A DNA stretch of 64,000 nt from Bacteroidales bacterium (GTDB taxonomy: Bacteria > Bacteroidota > Bacteroidia > Bacteroidales > PUMT01): contig JAWODJ010000034.1 in assembly GCA_046483315.1 (NCBI GenBank), positions 45,285 to 109,284 of the forward strand, given 5' to 3'. Below, one piece after another: positions 10,593 through 22,401 of the stretch. Both the position numbers and the translations under genes were made by a program. The notes below the pieces were generated by a model. That model saw only the letters and a program-made list of their open reading frames with translations. It was not told the origin of the DNA and ran no database searches. How positions within the stretch are numbered: the stretch's first letter is position 1; the number at the start of each line of letters is the position of its first letter.

Positions 10593-10626
10593 ACCCGGCA
10601 GGAGGAAGATCTGCCGGGTCCTTTTT
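10593..10626 (+). terminator. Intrinsic terminator after the S9 peptidase gene (possibly bidirectional, shared with maeB)
   Basis: 9-bp stem ACCCGGCAG/CTGCCGGGT with a 9-nt loop, followed by CCTTTTT. It lies between convergent genes. Confidence 0.6.
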
Positions 10627-10672
10627 AAGTATAACAATCGGGCTGTTTTGAGAAGTTGATGATGTATAAAAA

Positions 10673-12961
10673 TTAAATGTCTGCAACCTCTCCCCTTTCA
10701 ATGTCCTGGGCATCAACAACAGCAATGGCTGCCATGTTGACTATCTCGCGTACCGAGCTTTCAATCTGCAGTATATGTATCGGTTTTCTGATACCTATAA
10801 GTATGGGACCTACTGCCTCGGCACCTCCTATCTCCTGCATCATCTTGTATGCAATATTGCCTGAGCTCAGATTTGGGAAAATAACCGTATTGATGTCCAT
10901 GTCTGCCAGTTTGCTGAAAGGAAAGCGGATCTGGCGCATTTCTTTGTTAAAGGCAAAGTTCGCCTGCATCTCACCGTCAACTTTCAGATCGGGATGATCC
11001 CTGTGAAGGATTTCAACAGCCTCATTTACTCTTCGGGGACTGCCTTCTTTGATAGAACCGAAATTTGAATAAGATAACAGGGCTATTTTGGGTTCGATAT
11101 TAAACTTCCTGATAGCGTGTGCAACCAGTAAAGTTGTATCAACCAGGGTTTGTGAAGAGGGCTGAATGTTTACAGTTGCATCGGCAAAGAAGAAAGGCCC
11201 TTTCTTTGTTATCATAAGGTACATACCGGCTATATGCTTCATGGTATTGTTGGTTCCGACTATCTGCAGTGCCGGGCGTATAGTTTCTGCATACCTGGAT
11301 GAGAAGCCGGAAAGGAAGGCATCGGCCTCACCCGTTTCAACCATCATAACGCCAAAATAATCACGGTGATACATCTTTTCCAATGCTTCATCATAAAGCA
11401 TGCCCTTTCTCTGTCTGCGCTTATACAGAAGGTTTGCATACCTCTCCCTTCTTTCCTGCTCCTTTTCACTGCGGGGATCAATCACGGGAACATCTTCCAG
11501 GCGAAGGCAATTTTCTTCAATAAGCCTGCTGATAACCTCCCTGTTTCCAAGAAGAATTGGTTTGGCTATGCCATCAGACAGCACCCCCTGTGCAGCCTTC
11601 AGTATCTTAAGATTATTAGCTTCGGCAAACACCAGACGTTTTGGATTCTGCCTGGCTTTCTCCATTACCGACCTCAGTAGCTGGTTGTCAAATCCCAGCC
11701 TCCTGTTAAGCTCCATCCTGTAAGCATCCCAGTCGGTAATCCTGCTACGGGCCACTCCGGTGTCGACCGCAGCTTTGGCAACTGCCGACGAAACCCTTGC
11801 AATCAACCTTGGATCAAGAGGTTTCGGAATAAGGTATTCACGGCCAAATGTAAGGTTCTCCAATCCGTATGCCTTATTAACATCATCAGGCACCAGCTCC
11901 TTGGCAAGCGTTGCCAGGGCATTGCATGCAGCAATCTTCATCTCTTCATTTATTGTAGATGCTTTCACATCCAGTGCCCCCCTGAAAATAAACGGAAATC
12001 CAAGAACATTATTTACCTGGTTGGGATAATCCGACCGCCCGGTGGCCATTATAACATCGTCCCTGGCACTCAGTGCTTCTTCATATGATATCTCAGGTGT
12101 GGGATTTGCCATGGCAAAAACAACCGGATTATCTGCCATACTCCTTACCATATCCCTGCTTACTATGTTTCCGACAGAAAGACCCAGAAAAAGATCTGCC
12201 CCTTCCATAGCTTCGGAAAGGGTGCGTGCCCTGGTGGCAGAAACAAACTGCTTCTTGATGTTGTTAAGATCTTTGCGGTCTTTATGTAAAACACCTTTGC
12301 TGTCAAGCATAATAAGATTTTCTGGTTTTATCCCCAGAGAAAAATAAAACCTGGTACACGATACTGCCGAGGCGCCGGCACCATTAACCACAACCTTAAG
12401 GTCAGATATATTCTTCCCGTTAATGTCAAGGGCATTTAACAGGGCAGCACCTGATATGATAGCAGTACCGTGCTGATCGTCATGAAAAACAGGAATATCC
12501 AGTTCCTTCTTAAGCCTGTCCTCAATCTCAAAACATTCGGGCGCCTTTATATCTTCAAGGTTGATCCCTCCGAATGTGGGAGAAATTGCTTTTACAATCT
12601 CTATCAGTTTCTCTGTATCTTTGCAATCCACCTCAATATCAAACACATCAACATCGGCAAAAACCTTGAATAACAAGCCCTTACCTTCCATAACCGGTTT
12701 GCCGGCAAGTGCCCCTATGTCGCCAAGGCCAAGTACGGCAGTGCCATTGGAAACAACGGCTACAAGATTGCCTTTTGCTGTATATTTATATGCATCCTCC
12801 GGGTTTTTCTGAATTTCCTTGCATGGTTCGGCCACTCCGGGAGTATAGGCCATAGATAGATCACGTTGCGTACTGTAGGGTTTGGTAGGAATAACTTCGA
12901 TCTTTCCGGGCTTTCCTTTACAGTGATAGTTCAATGATGCCTGTCTGCTTATTTTTGCCAT
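10673..12961 (-). CDS. maeB: NADP-dependent malic enzyme (malic enzyme fused to a phosphate acetyltransferase-like domain)
   Basis: 762 aa. The N-terminal malic enzyme part has the VVNGAGASA dinucleotide fold. The C-terminal half of about 330 aa is PTA-like. Confidence 0.95.
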   Translation of the reverse strand: MAKISRQASLNYHCKGKPGKIEVIPTKPYSTQRDLSMAYTPGVAEPCKEIQKNPEDAYKYTAKGNLVAVVSNGTAVLGLGDIGALAGKPVMEGKGLLFKVFADVDVFDIEVDCKDTEKLIEIVKAISPTFGGINLEDIKAPECFEIEDRLKKELDIPVFHDDQHGTAIISGAALLNALDINGKNISDLKVVVNGAGASAVSCTRFYFSLGIKPENLIMLDSKGVLHKDRKDLNNIKKQFVSATRARTLSEAMEGADLFLGLSVGNIVSRDMVRSMADNPVVFAMANPTPEISYEEALSARDDVIMATGRSDYPNQVNNVLGFPFIFRGALDVKASTINEEMKIAACNALATLAKELVPDDVNKAYGLENLTFGREYLIPKPLDPRLIARVSSAVAKAAVDTGVARSRITDWDAYRMELNRRLGFDNQLLRSVMEKARQNPKRLVFAEANNLKILKAAQGVLSDGIAKPILLGNREVISRLIEENCLRLEDVPVIDPRSEKEQERRERYANLLYKRRQRKGMLYDEALEKMYHRDYFGVMMVETGEADAFLSGFSSRYAETIRPALQIVGTNNTMKHIAGMYLMITKKGPFFFADATVNIQPSSQTLVDTTLLVAHAIRKFNIEPKIALLSYSNFGSIKEGSPRRVNEAVEILHRDHPDLKVDGEMQANFAFNKEMRQIRFPFSKLADMDINTVIFPNLSSGNIAYKMMQEIGGAEAVGPILIGIRKPIHILQIESSVREIVNMAAIAVVDAQDIERGEVADI

Positions 12962-13055
12962 AGGTGAAAGAGATTAGTAAGTTATACATATACTGTTTAT
13001 TAAATAACATGGTAATCATAATCAGAAGACAAAAAAATAAAAAGAGATATATACC

Positions 13056-14123
13056 TTACATGCTGTCATCCAACCCTTCAGTGTCAACTGACCCGTCAAC
13101 AAGCTCGTCATAAGCTTTCCTGTTTTTGAAAACATCACAGGCCAGGTAAATGGCATGCCTGAAAGGATCGGGAGAAGCAAGGCCTTTACCTGCAATCTCA
13201 AAAGCAGTACCGTGGGCAGGAGATGTACGTACCACCGATAAACCAGCCGTAAAATTAACACCTGTCTCAAATGCAATTGCCTTGAAGGGTGCCAGGCCCT
13301 GGTCATGATACATGGCAAGCACAACATCAAATCTGGTATTGTTATCTGATGCAAAAAATCCATCTGCCGGAAATGGCCCCAGGGCCATAATCTTCTCTTT
13401 CCTGGCCAGCTCCAGTGCAGGCAGAATTATGCGGCTCTCTTCATCTCCTATAAGACCATCCTCTCCTGCATGAGGATTCAGTCCAAGCACAGCAATCCTG
13501 GGCTTTCTTATTCCAAAATCCCTGATCATCGATGTATTTAAAAGGCGTAATTTAGACAGGACCATTTCATCAGACAGGAGTCCGGGAACCTGTGAAACAG
13601 GCACATGGCCGGTGGCAACGGCAACCCTCATTATTTTGCTTACCATCACCATAATAACATCACTCGCATCAAAACTATGAGCCAGGTATTCTGTATGACC
13701 ACGGAACGGAAATTTGTCTGACTGAATGTTGAATTTATTTATCGGACCTGTTACAATCACATCAATAATGCCATTCTTAAGATCACTTACCGCACAATCA
13801 AGGGATTTCACCGATGCTTCTCCTGCCATTTCCGTGGATTTTCCCAGCTCAACCCTGATATTCTCATCAAGGCAGTCCACTATATTAACACTTTTCGGAT
13901 TGGCTTCAATGGCGGTTTTTATATTATTAAAGCTGAAATTATTGATGTTAAGCGCCTTACGGTGATACGCGCCAACCTTGGGTGACCCGTATACTATCGG
14001 AGTGCAGAAATCAAGCATTTTATTATCTGCAAGGGCTTTAATTATTACCTCATAGCTAATCCCGTTAATGTCGCCCTGAGTTATGCCAACCCGTATTTTA
14101 GTAGTATCCATGGTTGAAAACAA
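13056..14123 (-). CDS. pdxA: 4-hydroxythreonine-4-phosphate dehydrogenase
   Basis: Typical PdxA-family sequence (GITQGDINGISYEVI, LGLNPHAGE, SPAHGTAFEIAGKG). Translation may start at the MDTTK codon 12 nt downstream. Confidence 0.92.
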   Translation of the reverse strand: MFSTMDTTKIRVGITQGDINGISYEVIIKALADNKMLDFCTPIVYGSPKVGAYHRKALNINNFSFNNIKTAIEANPKSVNIVDCLDENIRVELGKSTEMAGEASVKSLDCAVSDLKNGIIDVIVTGPINKFNIQSDKFPFRGHTEYLAHSFDASDVIMVMVSKIMRVAVATGHVPVSQVPGLLSDEMVLSKLRLLNTSMIRDFGIRKPRIAVLGLNPHAGEDGLIGDEESRIILPALELARKEKIMALGPFPADGFFASDNNTRFDVVLAMYHDQGLAPFKAIAFETGVNFTAGLSVVRTSPAHGTAFEIAGKGLASPDPFRHAIYLACDVFKNRKAYDELVDGSVDTEGLDDSM

Positions 14124-14177
14124 TTATTTCAGTTTCAATATCGCGTATATTAAATACCTGCTTAAATATAAAGTATA

Positions 14178-15629
14178 TCAATTACCGCTCTTGCCGGAAT
14201 ATTTCCGGAAAAAATCAAATAACAGCCTCACGCCGTAACCGGTTCCCCCTTTTGTTTTGTAGGCATCGGCAGTATGAATGAAGGCAGGGCCGGCAATATC
14301 AAGGTGTATCCAGGGAAATGATGTGAAATGCTCAAGAAACTTTCCCGCAGTTATGGTTCCTGCCTCCTTGCCCCCTATATTTTTAATATCTGCAACATCG
14401 GATTTTAACATTTCCCGGTATTCATCCCAGAGAGGAAACTCCACAAGCCGCTCATGAGTTGAAAATCCGCTCTCCTCAAGAGCATGATACCACTTCTCAG
14501 CAGATTTCTGCATTGCGACCATTCCCTGTACTCCTATTGCAGCAGCTGCAGAACCTGTCAGTGTGGCAATATCTATTACCAGTGCAGGATCATATTGTGC
14601 TGACCAACTCAGTGCGTCACCTAAAAGAAGCCTGCCCTCAGCATCAGTATTCATAACTTCCACTGTGGTTCCGTCATACATGGTTATTATGTCGCCGGGG
14701 ACTATTGCATTGCCATCCGGCCTGTTATCTGTTGCAGGCACAAGTCCTATAACATGAACAGGAAGCCTGCAACTGGCAATGGAATAAAGGGTGCCGGCAA
14801 CAACAGCTGCGCCGGCCATATCACATTTCATATAATCCATACTGTTAGCTGTAGGCTTAAGGCTCAAACCGCCTGTATCATAAACCACTCCCTTTCCCAC
14901 CAGAACAAACGGTTTATCGTTTATACTCTTTTCGGGCTTCCATTCCAGCACAGAAAAAGTGGGAGGATCAATGCTGCCGCGGTTCACTGCAAGAAGGCCT
15001 CCCATCCTGAGACTCTCAATCTTCGGTTTGTTCATAACTTCAACCGAAAAACCTGCACGAGCTCCGAGTGCCTCAATTCTTTCGGCCAGGCCTACAGCAT
15101 TGAGATGTGACAGGGGTTCATTGACCAGGTCACGTGCAATGTAAACCGCCTCACACAATATCCGGATCTTTTCAATATCATCATCCTGCAAATATGAAGA
15201 AAACAGTGATATTGCAGGGGGAAACACGGATTTCCCTGCAGGTACGGTCATATATTTATCGAACCGGTAATTACTCAGAACAAGTCCCTCCACAAAAGCA
15301 AGGATCAGTTCAGGATCATTAACAAGGTCAGCAGCCAGCAGTCCGTTATGATCTTTATCCTTAATAATTGAAAAAACCCGGGAAGACAGTTTTCTGATAT
15401 TCTCCAGCTGGCCGGGATAGGACCTGCTTTCATCATTTATCACCAGGCAGGTATATCCGCTGAGTTTATCTATAAATATAATATCATCACCTTTATTGAT
15501 CCTGCTTTTTACATGAGCCAGTTCGGAGTCATTGAATCCGCAAATTGAAAAATCGCCCGACTTCCCTGCAATATATATGGCAGGAAACCGGCCGGATATT
15601 TCGTCTGTTTTTATAAACCGGGTTTGCAT
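14178..15629 (-). CDS. pepA: Leucyl aminopeptidase (M17 family)
   Basis: Carries the M17 signatures VGKGVVYDTGG and NTDAEGRL. Confidence 0.9.
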   Translation of the reverse strand: MQTRFIKTDEISGRFPAIYIAGKSGDFSICGFNDSELAHVKSRINKGDDIIFIDKLSGYTCLVINDESRSYPGQLENIRKLSSRVFSIIKDKDHNGLLAADLVNDPELILAFVEGLVLSNYRFDKYMTVPAGKSVFPPAISLFSSYLQDDDIEKIRILCEAVYIARDLVNEPLSHLNAVGLAERIEALGARAGFSVEVMNKPKIESLRMGGLLAVNRGSIDPPTFSVLEWKPEKSINDKPFVLVGKGVVYDTGGLSLKPTANSMDYMKCDMAGAAVVAGTLYSIASCRLPVHVIGLVPATDNRPDGNAIVPGDIITMYDGTTVEVMNTDAEGRLLLGDALSWSAQYDPALVIDIATLTGSAAAAIGVQGMVAMQKSAEKWYHALEESGFSTHERLVEFPLWDEYREMLKSDVADIKNIGGKEAGTITAGKFLEHFTSFPWIHLDIAGPAFIHTADAYKTKGGTGYGVRLLFDFFRKYSGKSGN

Positions 15630-15774
15630 TTTAACGTATTGGATTACCTTGTTTATCCTGAAGATATCATAAATAGCAGTACCTCCGGGAAAAAGAATAT
15701 TAAAAACATAAAGTTAATTGATTTTCGCCGGATTTCTAACCCGTGTCATGAAATACTTCCAATAATGAAGGTAC

Positions 15775-15809
15775 AAAAAAACCCCTTCCTGCCAGGAAGG
15801 GGTTTTTTT
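15775..15809 (-). terminator. Intrinsic terminator after groEL
   Basis: GC-rich hairpin CCCCTTCCTG-C-CAGGAAGGGG flanked by an A-run and a T-run, about 20 nt downstream of the groEL stop. Confidence 0.75.
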
Positions 15810-15827
15810 ATAAAAATAAATCCTGAA

Positions 15828-17510
<1,683 letters not shown>

Positions 17511-17792
17511 TTACTTCTCTATCAGTAGAATATCATCTTCACGCATAATCAGGTAATCCTTACCGTCAAATTTGATTTCAGTTCCTGCATACTTTCCATA
17601 GAGTACGACATCACCGGCTTTTACAGTCATCGGGTCATCTTTTTTACCTTCGCCAACTGCTACTATGGTTCCCTTTTGCGGCTTTTCCTGAGCAGATTCA
17701 GGTATAATAATCCCGCTTGAGGTTTTTACCTCTGCTTCATGGGGTTCGACAAGCACTCTGTCTTTCAGTGGTGTTAGCTTTATTTCAGCCAT
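17511..17792 (-). CDS. groES: Co-chaperonin GroES
   Basis: 93-aa ORF immediately upstream of groEL, with typical [12 protein letters not shown]-like and GTIVAVG motifs. Confidence 0.97.
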   Translation of the reverse strand: MAEIKLTPLKDRVLVEPHEAEVKTSSGIIIPESAQEKPQKGTIVAVGEGKKDDPMTVKAGDVVLYGKYAGTEIKFDGKDYLIMREDDILLIEK

Positions 17793-18000
17793 TTTTTCAA
17801 ATTTTATTGGTTAAACATATATTAATAGTTTGCTACCCACTGAACATATTTTATGCCAAATAATAAAAAGAGCCTGTTAGAACGTCCGGCAAATCAAAAA
17901 ATGACAAACTTACCGGATACTGACAGGGGAGTGACAATAAATTCCAATGGTATTATCTTGATTTTTTGATCGTTATAAGTTGAATCAGTTTGTGACAGTC

Positions 18001-18046
18001 AAAAAAAAAGAGTGTCAGAATCAAATGACATACTGACACTCTTTTT
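18001..18046 (-). terminator. Intrinsic terminator after secG
   Basis: 10-bp stem AGAGTGTCAG/CTGACACTCT with a 14-nt loop, followed on the minus strand by a run of 8 T. Confidence 0.75.
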
Positions 18047-18095
18047 AAAATATCCTGAAATATAATATCTGCAAATATGAAAAGGAATAACAATA

Positions 18096-18464
18096 TTAAT
18101 CCTGATCTTCTTCGACAGGTGGCAGGGTTTCCAGATCGTCAGGCACATCAGGAACCGACGTTGGGAATGAAGGCATAGCTGAAGGATCTATTGTCTGTTC
18201 AATCTGATCCTCTATAAGTGAGCGCTCTGCTTCCACCTCACCCCGCGGGATTGTTGCTGAAGCCAATATACTGAGAAAAACAAGGCTTGCTGCCAGTGTC
18301 CATGTTGCTTTTTCAAGGAAGTCAGCAGTTTTCCGGACACCCATAACCTGGTTTGAAGCTGAAAAGTTAGCCGCCAGTCCCCCGCCCTTGGAATTCTGCA
18401 CAAGCACTATCAAAACAAGAAGGACCGCCGCAATAAATATCAATACTGTAATAAAGGTAAACAT
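18096..18464 (-). CDS. secG: Preprotein translocase subunit SecG
   Basis: Two transmembrane segments and the conserved LLVLIVLVQNSKGGGL motif. The acidic C-terminal tail is extra. Confidence 0.9.
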   Translation of the reverse strand: MFTFITVLIFIAAVLLVLIVLVQNSKGGGLAANFSASNQVMGVRKTADFLEKATWTLAASLVFLSILASATIPRGEVEAERSLIEDQIEQTIDPSAMPSFPTSVPDVPDDLETLPPVEEDQD

Positions 18465-18501
18465 AGCTGCTAATAATTATTTAATTATCTTCTCTCTTTT
18501 G

Positions 18502-19674
18502 TCACTGGTTAATATAACGTTTTATTTCATCAATCTGGTTTGCAAAGTAACTAAATTTTTCGGGATATTTCAAACTTAATTTTTCATATGCATAGATAGC
18601 TTTCCGGTAATGCTTCTGCTGAACATAAATTTTTGCAAGAGTCTCGGTAAAAAATTCGTCACTTTCGCTTGTACTCTTTTCCGACATATCCATAGGGGGT
18701 TTGTCATCATCAAGAGGTGAACGGGGTTCAATACGGGGTTTCTCCTTTAAAAACCTATCAATCAGTTCATCCTTGCCGGAAGTGCCGGCAGGTTCTGTTT
18801 CCCTGTCCTCAACTACCGGAGTGCCGGTTTGGAACAAATCAAGCCATTCAGAAAATGAGTGCGCCTCATTTATCAGGTTCTCTCCTTTTTCCGGATTTTT
18901 TTTTTCCGTTTTCTCAGTGGAGGCAGTACCCTGGCCATCCTTCAATTCAACGGACGGCTGCACGGTCTTATCAAGCTCCAGAAGGTCAGCATCGGAAGTG
19001 CGCCGGGATTCATCAGACTTTTCTTCGGGTAACTTTTCCTCATCTGCATCTTTACCGCCAACAATGTCAGCTTTATCGTCTATAAGCAGAACATCGGTAT
19101 CATCATTTTTCCCCTCAGGCTTTCTGCCTGTCTGAGCGGGTTTATCCTTTCCTTGCTTTTTTGTATCAGTTTTTTCTGAAACCGGAATCTCGGTATCTTT
19201 ATCTGATACATCTTCTGTACCTTTACCATTCTTATTCAGTCCCGATTTTTTAAGATCTTCAATCTCCCTGAGCACCTTGTCTGCAAGGCTTTCGGAAGAC
19301 TTATCCTCTGATAAATCCGATGTAGCAGAAACCTGAGGCTCTTTTTCACTCCGGGCAGGTGCAGCTGTGTCTGCTTCCCCGTAAGGAAAATCAGTTCCGG
19401 GCATATCTTCTTCATAAACTTTTTCAGCCTGTATAGAAAACTGATGCTGATTTACAAGGTTAAAAAGAACATGTCTGTTTCCTATATGGGCGGCAGAAAT
19501 TTTTAACTGGTTGCCGAACCTCATATCCTTCGTGTTGCTGAGTGTTTTTACAAGCAGCATGTGGGCTGTCTGAAAGTACGGGTATTCCTGTAAAACTCCA
19601 CGTAACTCCTCAAGATTTTCCAGGTCAAGTGTCTCAGGGCGGTTAAGATACTCTATGAATTTATCCCTGTTCAT
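18502..19674 (-). CDS. Hypothetical protein with a conserved N-terminal module, a long acidic/lysine-rich disordered centre and a TPR-like C-terminus
   Basis: 390-aa ORF. The C-terminus ETLAKIYVQQKHYRKAIYAYEKLSLKYPE looks like a single TPR. It sits between secG and the LptE-like gene on the same strand. Confidence 0.65.
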   Translation of the reverse strand: MNRDKFIEYLNRPETLDLENLEELRGVLQEYPYFQTAHMLLVKTLSNTKDMRFGNQLKISAAHIGNRHVLFNLVNQHQFSIQAEKVYEEDMPGTDFPYGEADTAAPARSEKEPQVSATSDLSEDKSSESLADKVLREIEDLKKSGLNKNGKGTEDVSDKDTEIPVSEKTDTKKQGKDKPAQTGRKPEGKNDDTDVLLIDDKADIVGGKDADEEKLPEEKSDESRRTSDADLLELDKTVQPSVELKDGQGTASTEKTEKKNPEKGENLINEAHSFSEWLDLFQTGTPVVEDRETEPAGTSGKDELIDRFLKEKPRIEPRSPLDDDKPPMDMSEKSTSESDEFFTETLAKIYVQQKHYRKAIYAYEKLSLKYPEKFSYFANQIDEIKRYINQ

Positions 19675-19709
19675 TTTTTCTTCTGCTTGGTAAAACTAAA
19701 GATCACAAA

Positions 19710-20216
19710 CTACCAGTTTACAAATGCACGGTTAAAAATATCTTCTGTCAGCTGATCAATGATCTTTTCCACAAGCTGTGCTTCAACAGCCTCAAGGCCG
19801 GCTCTTGCATCATAATCCTCATGCCTTGAGAAACTTGTTTCAAAATCCTGTTCAGGATCCGCCGTATTGGTATAAGATACCCTCACCGATATTGTAAGAC
19901 GCTCAAGATTGGCCTGTTCATCAGCCTGAACAGATACCGGCTGTGTACGATATTGTTCTATAAATCCCTCAAAATCAGCATCTCCTATATCATTTACAAG
20001 CCGGAGACGGGTGCGGGACTGAAACACATCTTTAAGGTCGTCAGTAAGTTCTTGACTGAGAGACGGATATATAACCGGTGCCCTGTTATCAAAATATTGC
20101 ACTGAAACCGTTTCCAGTTGCGGGGGAATTGATGCCCCTGAAAATGAATAATTCATCGTGCATCCGGAAAAAACTGTTGCACCTGTGAATAACAGATATA
20201 AAACGATTCGTCTCAT
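19710..20216 (-). CDS. LptE-like outer-membrane lipoprotein (putative)
   Basis: 168 aa with lipoprotein signal LLFTGATVFSGC. The stop of the upstream sigma-54 activator is 4 nt away. It matches my recollection of Bacteroidota LptE-family proteins. The function is not proven. Confidence 0.6.
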   Translation of the reverse strand: MRRIVLYLLFTGATVFSGCTMNYSFSGASIPPQLETVSVQYFDNRAPVIYPSLSQELTDDLKDVFQSRTRLRLVNDIGDADFEGFIEQYRTQPVSVQADEQANLERLTISVRVSYTNTADPEQDFETSFSRHEDYDARAGLEAVEAQLVEKIIDQLTEDIFNRAFVNW

Positions 20217-20219
20217 CTT

Positions 20220-21440
20220 TCAGTCAATATCATATTGCCTGATCTTCCTGTATAGTGTGCGTTCAGAAATACCAAGTTCATTTGCAGCCATTTTACGCTT
20301 CCCTCCGTATTTATCAAGGGCCTTTCTTATTAGCTCAATCTCTTTATCTTGTAACGATAATGACTCTTCAATTATTTCCTCGGTATCTTCAATATGAGAA
20401 TCATCACTCCTTTTCAGACCGGGTAGTTTGGAAATAACTGAATCATATGCGGATCCGGATCCTGTATCCAGCTTTTCCATCAGGCGGTTATCTTCAATAT
20501 CAATTTCCTGGGGTCCTTTTTCAATTATTTCGTGAACAAGTTTTTTCAGGTCATTCATATCATTCTTCATGTCAAAGAGTATCTTGTAAAGGATCTCCCT
20601 CTCCGAAGCAAATGATTTGTCGGCTGCCGAACTTATAAGCGCAGGCAATCTGCCCTCCATATAATCGGGAAGGTACTTCCTGAGTACTTCCCCGTCAATC
20701 TCCCTGTTTTTTTCGATTATCGATATCTGTTCAGTAATATTCTTCAGCTGTCTGATATTGCCGGGCCAGTTATACTGTATCAACATCTGCCGGGCCTCTT
20801 CATTAAGTATAATCTCAGGCATCCGGTAACGTTCGGCAAAGTCGGTCGAAAACTTTCTGAACAATATAAGAATATCCTCTTTCCTCTCACGCAGTGGGGG
20901 AATATATACCGGCACCGTATTAAGACGGTAATAGAGATCTTCACGAAACTTGCCCTCGGTCAGTAATTTAATTATATCCACATTGGTTGCAGCAACTATT
21001 CTGACGTTGGTCTTTAAAACACGGGAGGATCCCACTTTGATAAATTCACCCGATTCAAGCACTCTCAGAAGCCTTACCTGTGTTGATAGAGGAAGCTCTG
21101 AAACTTCATCAAGAAAAATTGAACCTTTATCGGCAACTTCAAAATAGCCGCTTCGTTTTTCATGTGCTCCGGTAAAAGCACCCTTCTCATGGCCAAACAG
21201 CTCAGAATCAATAGTCCCTTCCGGGATCGCACCACAGTTTACGGCAATATACGGCCCGTGCTTCCTGGAACTGAACTGATGAATTATCTGAGGAAACACT
21301 TCCTTGCCGGTACCACTTTCGCCAGATATCAAAACCGACAGGTCTGTCGAAGCAACCCTGTATGCCACTTCAATAGCCCTGTTAAGTACAGGGGCGTTCC
21401 CTATAATTCCAAATCTCCTTTTTATTGCCTGAACATCCAT
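20220..21440 (-). CDS. Sigma-54-dependent transcriptional activator (AAA+ plus Fis-type HTH, no N-terminal sensor domain)
   Basis: Has Walker A GESGTGKE, the sigma-54 contact loop GAFTGA, and the C-terminal HTH ELGISERTLYRKIRQY. The AAA+ core starts within about 15 residues of the N-terminus. Confidence 0.9.
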   Translation of the reverse strand: MDVQAIKRRFGIIGNAPVLNRAIEVAYRVASTDLSVLISGESGTGKEVFPQIIHQFSSRKHGPYIAVNCGAIPEGTIDSELFGHEKGAFTGAHEKRSGYFEVADKGSIFLDEVSELPLSTQVRLLRVLESGEFIKVGSSRVLKTNVRIVAATNVDIIKLLTEGKFREDLYYRLNTVPVYIPPLRERKEDILILFRKFSTDFAERYRMPEIILNEEARQMLIQYNWPGNIRQLKNITEQISIIEKNREIDGEVLRKYLPDYMEGRLPALISSAADKSFASEREILYKILFDMKNDMNDLKKLVHEIIEKGPQEIDIEDNRLMEKLDTGSGSAYDSVISKLPGLKRSDDSHIEDTEEIIEESLSLQDKEIELIRKALDKYGGKRKMAANELGISERTLYRKIRQYDID

Positions 21441-21635
21441 CAGTTATAACTCCACTATAAGTTTTTATGTCAAAATTGCACTATTTTGGAATACCGCCGG
21501 GATATTTCCGGTAATAACATGACAAATTTACAACTTTAATAGTTTTTTACTAATTTGCCCTGATAAAAAATATCCGGAATCAGGCCTGTTGCTTACGGCA
21601 AAACCCTGAAAACCTTCAGCCAAAACAAAATTGCT

Positions 21636-22367
21636 ATGAAAATCATCGGAATAATCCCGGCCCGCTACCAGTCCACCCGTTTTCCAGGCAAACCTCTGGC
21701 TGAAATTAAAGGAAAACCCATGATACAAAGAACCTGGGAACAGGCGAAAAAAGCCCTGGATAATGTAGTGGTGGCCACCGATGATGAAAGAATCAAAAAA
21801 GTTGTTAATGATCTTGGAGGAGAAGCCGTTATGACGTCATCTGATCATCATAGCGGCACTGAACGCTGTGCAGAAGCCGCTGCTATCGCAGCAAAAAACG
21901 GCAAATATTATGACATCGTAATTAATATCCAGGGTGACGAACCTTTCATTCAGCCTGAACAGATAAAACTGCTGGCCGCCTGTTTTGATAAAGATGAGGT
22001 TGAGATAGCAACCCTGGTAAAAAAAATTGGTTCTACGGAAGAAATTTTCAACCCGGGCCTGCCCAAGGTTGTTTTTAACAGATTTGGTTATGCCATCTAT
22101 TTCAGCCGCTCCCCAATACCCTTTATAAGGGGAAAGGAAGAGAGAAACTGGTCTCATTCACACACATTTTTCAGGCATATCGGCATGTATGGATACAGGA
22201 CCGGCACTTTGCATGAGATAACAATGTTAAAGCCCTCATCCCTGGAAGTGGCTGAAGCACTTGAACAAAACCGGTGGATTGAAAACGGTTACCTTATCAA
22301 GGTAAAAGAAACAACCCTTGAAACCATATCTGTTGATACCCCTGAAGACCTGGGTAGAATAACATGA
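21636..22367 (+). CDS. kdsB: 3-deoxy-manno-octulosonate cytidylyltransferase
   Basis: N-terminus MKIIGIIPARYQSTRFPGKPL and the IQGDEPF motif. Confidence 0.93.
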   Translation: MKIIGIIPARYQSTRFPGKPLAEIKGKPMIQRTWEQAKKALDNVVVATDDERIKKVVNDLGGEAVMTSSDHHSGTERCAEAAAIAAKNGKYYDIVINIQGDEPFIQPEQIKLLAACFDKDEVEIATLVKKIGSTEEIFNPGLPKVVFNRFGYAIYFSRSPIPFIRGKEERNWSHSHTFFRHIGMYGYRTGTLHEITMLKPSSLEVAEALEQNRWIENGYLIKVKETTLETISVDTPEDLGRIT

Positions 22368-22401
22368 CAGCAGGGATGCATCCGCTCTTTTGACCGGAAA
22401 T

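Noticed and set aside
17793-17900. CIRCE/HrcA operator upstream of groES.
   Set aside because: There is no TTAGCACTC-N9-GAGTGCTAA-like inverted repeat in the upstream region.
18701-19135. Two ORFs of 144 and 122 aa antisense to the 390-aa hypothetical gene.
   Set aside because: They are low-complexity Ser-rich artefacts of the acidic/lysine-rich coding strand. They have no motifs and lie wholly inside a better-supported gene.
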